Source: Candidatus Methylomirabilales bacterium
Lineage (GTDB): Bacteria; Methylomirabilota; Methylomirabilia; Methylomirabilales; CSP1-5
Direction of reading: 5' to 3'
Length of the DNA: 21,102 nt
Assembly: GCA_046758505.1 (NCBI GenBank)
Contig: JBHIAH010000045.1
Coordinates: 1-21,102, forward strand
Position 1 is the first letter of the stretch. The number at the start of each line of letters is the position of its first letter. The notes under the pieces are model-generated. The model saw nothing but the letters and a program-made list of their open reading frames with translations, did not search any database and was not told the DNA's origin. The translations under genes were made by a program, and so were the position numbers. Below are positions 7,110-13,599 of this stretch, piece after piece.

Positions 7110-9500
7110 ATGATCAACGTCAATAAGCTGTTCCGCCGACTCTCCATCCGGTCCAAGCTGGTCATCGCCTTCTGTCTCTTCGGGGTGGTCCCCGTGTCGG
7201 TGGTGGGCGGGTATGGCGCCTTCCACTCGTTCTGGCTGCTGAACGACGCTGTCCAGGAGGGCCTGAAGGCCGGGGTCGCGATGAAGGCCGAGGAGATCCA
7301 GCGCCTCCTCGACCGGGTGAAAGGGGACGTCCTCTTCCTGAGCCGTCTGCCCACCCTTCAGGCTCTCGTCAACCTGAAGCCGGAAGCCCACGAGGAACGG
7401 CGGCGTCTGCTCGCCCGCCTGGGCGAGGAATTTCTCTCTTTCTCTCGCTCCCACCCGGTCTACTACCAGGTCCGCTACATCGATGAGCGCGGGAGAGAAG
7501 CCGTCCGGGCCGATTTCGACGGGCAGGGTCACCATCTGGTGCCGCCCGACCAACTTCAACACAAAGGAGATCGTTACTATTTCAGGGAGGCCATGGCGAC
7601 ACCTCCCGGAGCCATCTATGTCTCCCCCATGGACCTCAACATCGAGTGGGGGGCCGTGGAACTCCCCCGGAAGCCGGTCGTCCGCTACGCCGTCCCCCTT
7701 CGGAGCGCCAGGGAGGAGCCGCGAGGGATCGTGATTCTCAACATCTATGCCTCCCGCATCCTGAGTCACGTCCTGGCCCTGGGGGAAAAGGGAGAGGTGT
7801 CCCTGGCCAGTTCGACGGGCTTCTACCTCTTGAAGTCCAATTGGGTGGGCGAGAGCCGCACCTCCTCAGGTGCTGACTCTCTTCCTTTCCCCTCCTGGTT
7901 GGCCTCTTACTCGGAGCAACTTCGCCCCGAGGAGTTCTCGGATGGCCTGCCTGACGGGGCGGTGATGGAGGACTACCCTTCAGACCTGGCCTCCGCCATC
8001 TTCTCGGGGGAGATCGGGACCGCTGTGGAGCCTGGCCTCCGTGGCCGGATCGTGGCGTTTGCCCCGATCTTCCCTCACCTAGACCGCCAGGAGGAGTTCT
8101 GGGTGGCGGTTCACGCGTACCGGAAGTTAGAGGTGCTCTCCTCCCTGCGGGCCCTCCAGTTCCTCGTGCTGCTGCTGGGCGGAGCAGTCCTCGTCGTGGC
8201 TCTCGTGGCGGGCGTTGCCGCCGCCCGGCATTTTACCCGCCCGATCACTGCCTTGATCAGAGGCGCCGAGGCCGTCGCTGCAGGGGACTTCGATCGCCCC
8301 ATCCGGGTCGAGACCAACGACGAGCTGGAGGACCTGAGCCATCAGTTCACTCAGATGGCCACCCGCCTGAAGGAGCACGAGCGACAGCTCAGGGAGGCGC
8401 GGGGCCGGGCCGAGCGAAGGGCCCAGGAGACACAGGCCCTGAACCGTATCGGGATGGAGGTGCTGACGCTTCTCTCCCTCCCCGAGATCCTCCAGCTCGT
8501 GGTGGACAAGGCGCGGGAGCTCCTCAAGGGAGATCTGGCCATCCTCTGCCTGGACGAGTCTGACCACGGGCTCCGGTTGGGCGCCGTGAGCGGATCAGCT
8601 GAGGCACTCCAGTTCCACCCCGGGGATCTCATCCCGGCCCTCACATGCGACAGGGTCAGCTGCCAGGAGGCTCGGTGCCCGGTTGTCTCTGGCGCGGCGT
8701 TCGGGAGCCATGTAGGAGTCGTGATGAGGAGTGAAGAACGGGTGGTGGGTTACCTCTGCGTGGGCCACCACGAGACCCGGCCGGTGGGCTCCGACGAGCT
8801 GGAATTCCTCTCCGGCCTCGCCAACCAGGCTACGATCGCGATCGAGAAAGCCCGTCTCCACCGAGAGGTAAGGGAGCTGGCGAGGCTTGAGGAGCGGGAA
8901 CGGATCGGCCAGGATCTTCACGATGGGATTATCCAGTCCATCTACGCCACGGGCCTCGGCCTCGAGGAGTGCCTGAAGCTCGTCGGCGGGGTGCCACAGG
9001 AAGTGGGCCCGAAGCTCATGGAAGCGATTCAGAGCCTCAACGTCGTGATCCGCGATGTGAGGAACTATGTGGTGGGCCTCCAGCCCGAGGAGCTTCATGG
9101 CCGCGGGTTGAGCGGTGCCCTGGCCGATCTCAGCCGAGGCCTGGTTCTCAACGCCCTGCTCAACGCTGAGCTCGAGGTGGAGCCCGGGACTGACGAGGCC
9201 CTCAGCCCCGACCAAGCCGCCAACCTCTTCCAGATCTCTCGGGAGGCGCTGACGAACGTGGTGAAGCACGCGGGCGCCTCTCAGGTCATCCTGACCCTGC
9301 GGAGGGCGGACGGCGTGGTCTGTCTCGCGGTGGAGGACGACGGCGCGGGGTTCGATCCCGACCTTTGGGGAGGCGGGGGCCAGGGATTGCGCAACATGGG
9401 GGAGCGGGCGCGACGCCTGGGCGGGTCGCTCAGCGTCGAGAGCGCGCCAGGCCGCGGGACACGGATCAGGGTGGAGATCCCGCTGGCGGAGCCCGCATGA
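7110..9500 (+). CDS. Membrane sensor histidine kinase (TM-dCache-TM-HAMP-GAF-HisKA_3-HATPase), DevS/NarX-type transmitter
   Basis: Two TM segments flank a Cache-like region (LQHKGDRYYF, YVSPMDLNIE.G...P.KPVVRYAVP). HAMP (TRPI..L...AE.VAAGDF...I.VET.DELEDL...F.QMA). GAF ending LANQATIAIEKARL. H-box ERERIGQDLHDGIIQ. N/G boxes EALTNVVKHAGA, DDGAGFD, GQGLRNM, PGRGTRI. Confidence 0.95.
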   Translation: MINVNKLFRRLSIRSKLVIAFCLFGVVPVSVVGGYGAFHSFWLLNDAVQEGLKAGVAMKAEEIQRLLDRVKGDVLFLSRLPTLQALVNLKPEAHEERRRLLARLGEEFLSFSRSHPVYYQVRYIDERGREAVRADFDGQGHHLVPPDQLQHKGDRYYFREAMATPPGAIYVSPMDLNIEWGAVELPRKPVVRYAVPLRSAREEPRGIVILNIYASRILSHVLALGEKGEVSLASSTGFYLLKSNWVGESRTSSGADSLPFPSWLASYSEQLRPEEFSDGLPDGAVMEDYPSDLASAIFSGEIGTAVEPGLRGRIVAFAPIFPHLDRQEEFWVAVHAYRKLEVLSSLRALQFLVLLLGGAVLVVALVAGVAAARHFTRPITALIRGAEAVAAGDFDRPIRVETNDELEDLSHQFTQMATRLKEHERQLREARGRAERRAQETQALNRIGMEVLTLLSLPEILQLVVDKARELLKGDLAILCLDESDHGLRLGAVSGSAEALQFHPGDLIPALTCDRVSCQEARCPVVSGAAFGSHVGVVMRSEERVVGYLCVGHHETRPVGSDELEFLSGLANQATIAIEKARLHREVRELARLEERERIGQDLHDGIIQSIYATGLGLEECLKLVGGVPQEVGPKLMEAIQSLNVVIRDVRNYVVGLQPEELHGRGLSGALADLSRGLVLNALLNAELEVEPGTDEALSPDQAANLFQISREALTNVVKHAGASQVILTLRRADGVVCLAVEDDGAGFDPDLWGGGGQGLRNMGERARRLGGSLSVESAPGRGTRIRVEIPLAEPA

Positions 9501-10153
9501 AGAATCGGAAGATTCCCGTTTTGCTGGTGGACGACCACGAGGTCGTCCGTGTCGGCCTTCGCTCGCTCTTGAGCCGAGAGCCTGGAATCGAGGTGGTCGG
9601 CGAGGCGGGAAGCGCTGCCGACGCAGTGGCCCAGGCCGATCGGCTGCGGCCTCGCGTGGTGATCATGGACGTGAGGCTCCCGGACCGGAGCGGGGTCGAG
9701 GCCTGCCGGGAGATCCGGTCGGCGGACCGCGAGATCCAGATCATCATGCTGACCTCCTACGCGGATGATGAGGCGGTATTCTCCTCCGTTATGGCCGGGG
9801 CCTCAGGGTACCTCCTCAAGCAGATCCGCGGACAGGAGCTGGTACGCGCCATCGAGACCGTGGCGGGGGGGCAATCCCTTCTCGATCCCGCCGTGACCCA
9901 GAAGGTCCTGGACCGCGTGAAGCAGCTCGCCTCAAGCTCGCAGCCCGACGAGATCGCCGCGCTGTCGGCCCAGGAGCGCAAGGTGCTTGCCCTCGTAGCG
10001 GACGGGAAGACGAACAAGGAAATCGCCGCCGCCCTTGGGCTCAGCGACAAGACGGTGAAGAACTACCTCTCTCACATATTCGAGAAGCTCAACCTCTCGC
10101 GCCGGGCCGAGGCCGCCGCCTACTTCGCCCGCCGTCGCTCCCTCTCGCCCTGA
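9497..10153 (+). CDS. NarL/DevR(DosR)-family response regulator (REC + LuxR-type HTH)
   Basis: ATG 9497 overlaps the kinase stop (ATGA). REC motifs LLVDDHEVVRVGL, MDVRLPD.SGVEACR, MLTSY.DDEA, GASGYLLKQIRG, which are very DevR-like. HTH LSAQERKVL.LVADGKTNKEIA..LGLSDKTVKNYLS.IFEKL. Confidence 0.95.
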   Translation: MKNRKIPVLLVDDHEVVRVGLRSLLSREPGIEVVGEAGSAADAVAQADRLRPRVVIMDVRLPDRSGVEACREIRSADREIQIIMLTSYADDEAVFSSVMAGASGYLLKQIRGQELVRAIETVAGGQSLLDPAVTQKVLDRVKQLASSSQPDEIAALSAQERKVLALVADGKTNKEIAAALGLSDKTVKNYLSHIFEKLNLSRRAEAAAYFARRRSLSP

Positions 10154-10250
10154 CCTGTTTCGAGAAGAACTGAATCTCGGGACCGGGCGACTCGGCCTGG
10201 CCTTCTCCACCCTGTGCCAGAAGGTTAGCGTGAGGGGGATCGGCTTGTCC

Positions 10251-10342
10251 CCGGAGGGCCATCTGGCCCTATTCCCTTCAGGGCCGAAATACTTGAACTG
10301 GCCCCCCTTCCGGCACTTTTCTTGGCTGTCGCCGTCGGTCGA
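10251..10342 (+). promoter_or_regulatory. Operator/promoter element of the idr-like operon with a DosR-type palindrome (copy 1 of a duplicated element)
   Basis: Perfect inverted repeat AGGGCCA-TC-TGGCCCT (10255-10270), fitting GGGNCNNNNGNCCC. Then CAGGGCC (10279), CGGCACTTTT (10311-10320) and GCCGTCGGTCGA (10331-10342). The same blocks recur at 17525-17614. Confidence 0.7.
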
Positions 10343-10430
10343 CAATGGGCTTATGAAGCGGCCCGTCGCGGTGGGGGAAGAGCAAGTGAACTTTGAGCTC
10401 TCTCGATAGACATCCGGAGGAGGGGAAGGG

Positions 10431-11549
10431 ATGAAAGGCGTCAGAGTGCGGGTATTCGCGTCCATGGTCGTCGCCCTCTCCCTCGTGGTCGGGTCCTCTG
10501 ATAAGGCTTTTTCAGGAGAAGAGCTTGCCCCCTTGCCTAAGCCGCCAAAGGTGAAGGAGTCCCGAGCCAAACTCGGGATGTATCTCTTCTTCGACGAAAG
10601 GATCTCCGGGGATGGCGGGATCAGCTGCGCTACCTGTCACGACCCGAGCAAGGGGTGGGCGAACAACCAGAAGAATGACGAGGAGCTTTCAGACGCTTAC
10701 CCCGGTTCCAAGTACTTTCGGAACGCCAAGTCGCCTGTCAATGTGGTCTTTGCCGAGACGGTGTATTGGGATGGGCGCCTTCCTGGAAAGTCGATGCTTC
10801 AAGTTCACGTAAGGGACCATCTCACGGAGACTCACTTTCTGAACATGGACGGGAGGCTGATGCTGGAGCGGATCAAGCAGATCTCTCTGTACGTCAAGAT
10901 GTTCAAGAAGGCATGGAACGCGGAGCCTTCGTTCGGGAAGATCAGGAACTCGATCAGGGAATTCGAGAAGACCCTGGTGTCCACGAACGTTCCCTTCGAC
11001 AGATTCCTCAAGGGGGACAGAACGGCCCTGTCCCGCAAGGCGAAGCGGGGGGTCGAGCTCTTCAAAGGGAAGGCTCGCTGCCTCCGGTGCCACAACGGGA
11101 CGATGCTCTCCGATTACAAGCCTTATAACATCGGTGTTCCTGAGAACCTCAAGGTCTGGCGGGATCCCATGAGGCATTTCACGTTGCGATCGTTCCTGCT
11201 CGGGATGGGGGTTCCTGGCTTTGAGCGGGCCGAGCGTGATGTGGGGTACTACGCTGTCAGCAAGAAGAAGGAAGACATCGGAAAGTTCGTGACCCCGTCC
11301 CTGAGAGAGGTCTCCCGGACGGCTCCCTATATGCATAACGGGATGCTCAGCACCTTGGAAGAGGTTATCGAGTTCCACGCCAAGGGTGTTGGCCCGGACA
11401 TTGAGCCGGTGGCGCTTTCGAAAAGAGAGATCAATGACTTGGTGGAGTTCCTGAAGAGTCTGAGCGGAGACGAAATCAAGGCGGCGAGCCCTGCCGATAT
11501 GCCGGCGGACTACGCCCTTATCGAAGACTGGTACAACACCAGAAACTAG
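10431..11549 (+). CDS. idrP: Di-heme cytochrome c peroxidase/MauG-family protein, IdrP-type (first copy)
   Basis: GGAGG RBS and N-terminal signal peptide. LFFDERISGDG.ISCATCHDP, YWDGR, second heme CLRCH, F.TPSLREV..TAPYMHNG. Adjacent to idrB/idrA. P1 versus P2 numbering not assigned. Confidence 0.88.
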   Translation: MKGVRVRVFASMVVALSLVVGSSDKAFSGEELAPLPKPPKVKESRAKLGMYLFFDERISGDGGISCATCHDPSKGWANNQKNDEELSDAYPGSKYFRNAKSPVNVVFAETVYWDGRLPGKSMLQVHVRDHLTETHFLNMDGRLMLERIKQISLYVKMFKKAWNAEPSFGKIRNSIREFEKTLVSTNVPFDRFLKGDRTALSRKAKRGVELFKGKARCLRCHNGTMLSDYKPYNIGVPENLKVWRDPMRHFTLRSFLLGMGVPGFERAERDVGYYAVSKKKEDIGKFVTPSLREVSRTAPYMHNGMLSTLEEVIEFHAKGVGPDIEPVALSKREINDLVEFLKSLSGDEIKAASPADMPADYALIEDWYNTRN

Positions 11550-11591
11550 GGCACGAGGAACTATGGGGCGAACTCCAAAGGAGAAGTGGAT

Positions 11592-12746
11592 ATGACGAGG
11601 TGTAGGACGTTCCTGATTCTCCTTGCTGCCTTCGTGCTAGCCACTGGATCCACTGTGGGGAGGTCGGCGGTTGCTGGCGGGAGCGAGGTTCCTGAGCTCG
11701 GGCCCCTCGGTCCTGCCCCGATCCCTCCCGACAACCCCATGACCCCTGCCAAGGTCGAGCTGGGGAAGATGCTCTTCTTCGACACCAGGCTCACAGGAGA
11801 TGCGAGCCTGAGCTGTGCAACCTGCCACGATCCCGCGCTCGGGTGGGGGGACGGTGCGGATATCGGCCGGGGTTACCCTGGCACCTCCCACTGGCGCAAC
11901 ATCCAGACGGTCATCAACACCGCGTACTACAACAAGCTCTTCTGGGCGGGAAGCAGCCGAAGCCTTGAAGCCCAGGCAGAGACAGCCAACAGGGGTGCGG
12001 TGGCCGGGAACGGCGAGCGGGACATGATGGAGGCGCGTCTCTATCAGGTTCCCGAATATCGAAAGATGTTCAGAGAGGTGTTTGGGGATGAATGGCCTCT
12101 GCTCAAGAATGCGTGGCGGGCCATCGCCGCCTTCGAGAGGACCCTTGTTCAACGAGATACCCCGTTTGACCGGTTCATGCGGGGGGACAAAGGCGCCCTC
12201 TCGGCCGAGGCCAAGCAGGGGTTGAAGCTCTTCAAGGGCAAGGGCGGGTGCATCCAGTGCCACAACGGGCCTTTCCTGACCGACCAGAAGTACCACAACT
12301 TGGGGGTACCCGAGAATCCTGCCTTCGCCGAAGACGCCAAGAAGCAGATCACCTTCCGCTACGAGCAGTATGCCAAGGGAGTGCCCGAGGAGATCTACCG
12401 AACCACCAAGACCGACCTCGGCCTCTTCTACCAGAGCAAGAGAAAAGAGGACATGTCCAAGTTTAGAACGCCCACCCTGCGGTACCTGGCGTACACGCCC
12501 CCCTACATGCACAACGGGGCCTTCTTCACCTTGGAGGAGGTCATCGACTTTTACGACCAGGGCGGGGGTGAGGATCAGGCCCTGAAGAACCACGGCATCG
12601 TCACCAAGAGCAAGAAGTTGAAGAAGCTCAAGCTCAGCGACGAGGAGAAGGAAGCCCTGGTGGCCTTCCTGGAGAGCCTCTCAGGGGAGGAGATTGTCAT
12701 CGAGCCTCCCAAGCTGCCCGACTACGCGGTCATGATCACGAAGTAG
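11592..12746 (+). CDS. idrP: Di-heme cytochrome c peroxidase/MauG-family protein, IdrP-type (second copy)
   Basis: AAGGAG RBS 8 nt before ATG 11592 (the track uses GTG 11586). Signal peptide, CATCH and CIQCH heme motifs. The segment HWRNIQTVINTAYY.KLFWAGS..SLE.QA..A..G.VAGNGE.DMMEARL is recalled as characteristic of IdrP. Also TPPYMHNG. Confidence 0.9.
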   Translation: MTRCRTFLILLAAFVLATGSTVGRSAVAGGSEVPELGPLGPAPIPPDNPMTPAKVELGKMLFFDTRLTGDASLSCATCHDPALGWGDGADIGRGYPGTSHWRNIQTVINTAYYNKLFWAGSSRSLEAQAETANRGAVAGNGERDMMEARLYQVPEYRKMFREVFGDEWPLLKNAWRAIAAFERTLVQRDTPFDRFMRGDKGALSAEAKQGLKLFKGKGGCIQCHNGPFLTDQKYHNLGVPENPAFAEDAKKQITFRYEQYAKGVPEEIYRTTKTDLGLFYQSKRKEDMSKFRTPTLRYLAYTPPYMHNGAFFTLEEVIDFYDQGGGEDQALKNHGIVTKSKKLKKLKLSDEEKEALVAFLESLSGEEIVIEPPKLPDYAVMITK

Positions 12747-12759
12747 AGGGAGGCCAAAC

Positions 12760-13320
12760 ATGACGAGGGGTGACAGCATGGAAAAGAAAGGTGGGGAGTT
12801 CCTCTGTCCGTCCAGAAGGCAGTTCCTCATCGCAGGGGGCGGGGTGACAGCTACTGTTTTGCTCTCCAGCGTCTTCCCGGGCACTGCCCTCGGGGCCCTC
12901 AAGGTCCGGCTCACAAAGTACCCGGAGAAGAAGATCGTCACGTTAGGTAAGCTCAAGACCGATGTCCTGACGACGTTCAGGTATCCCTATGATGACTTTC
13001 ACTCGAACAGTTTCGTCGTCAAATTGGGGTTTCCAGCCGGAGGGGGCGTCGGGCCCAACCACGATATCGTGGCCTTTAACGCCCTCTGCACCCACATGGG
13101 AGGCCCGTTGATGGGCGCCTACAAGGCGCGGGATAAGGTCATGGGTCCATGCCCGTTCCATCTGAGCACCTTTGACCTGACCAGGCACGGCATGGTGGCG
13201 GCAGGTCACGCCACCGCGCCTCTGCCACAGGTTGTTCTCGAGGTCAGGCGGCAGGACATCTATGCCACGGGGATCGTGGGGCTGATCTATGGCTACAGCG
13301 ATAACCTGGCGAAAGCCTAG
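12760..13320 (+). CDS. idrB: Rieske [2Fe-2S] small subunit of iodate reductase/arsenite oxidase family, Tat-exported (IdrB-like)
   Basis: GGAGG RBS (alternative ATG 12778). Tat motif SRRQFL plus a hydrophobic stretch. Rieske boxes CTHMGG and CPFH lack the disulfide Cys pair of many AioB. Also GGGVGP..DIVAFN and GHAT..LPQVVLE, GLIYGY. Confidence 0.88.
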   Translation: MTRGDSMEKKGGEFLCPSRRQFLIAGGGVTATVLLSSVFPGTALGALKVRLTKYPEKKIVTLGKLKTDVLTTFRYPYDDFHSNSFVVKLGFPAGGGVGPNHDIVAFNALCTHMGGPLMGAYKARDKVMGPCPFHLSTFDLTRHGMVAAGHATAPLPQVVLEVRRQDIYATGIVGLIYGYSDNLAKA

Positions 13321-13334
13321 CGCCGTGCCGATAA

Positions 13335-13530
13335 CCGTCGCACGACCCACTTCGTGGGTGCCCGCCAGGGATGGCCTTCGGCCAATCATCATCTGGCGGT
13401 CGTCGCCCATCCTCAACGTACGGGGAGTACGCCTCCGGTGGGCCGGGGTCCCCACGAGGCGGAGCCGAGTGGGGTGCTGGACACCTCCCTGCGTCCTTGA
13501 TCTGCTCGGTTCTCCGCACGGCGCCAGTGG
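13335..13530. repeat. Multi-hairpin intergenic element (REP/MITE-like or structured RNA) between idrB and idrA
   Basis: Serial hairpins ACCCAC-TTC-GTGGGT, TGGCC-TTC-GGCCA, CGTAC-GGGGA-GTACG and CCCCAC..GGC-GGA-GCC..GTGGGG in a 279-bp gap with no credible ORF. Boundaries are approximate. Confidence 0.5.
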
Positions 13531-13599
13531 CGTCCTACCAAAATTGGACACAAACGTGGAGATGTTGGGCGAACAAGCAAGCTGAAGAGGTGTAAGACT

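Noticed and set aside
10311..10327. Sigma54 -24/-12 promoter (CGGCACTTTTCTTGGC)
   Set aside because: The -12 position reads GG rather than the required GC, the second copy (CGGCACTTTTGTCCA) has no -12 element, and the adjacent regulator is NarL-type, not an enhancer-binding protein.
13289..13595. Small ORFs in the idrB-idrA gap (13289-13585, 13371-13595)
   Set aside because: No convincing RBS or recognisable domain. The region is better explained as a hairpin-rich non-coding element.
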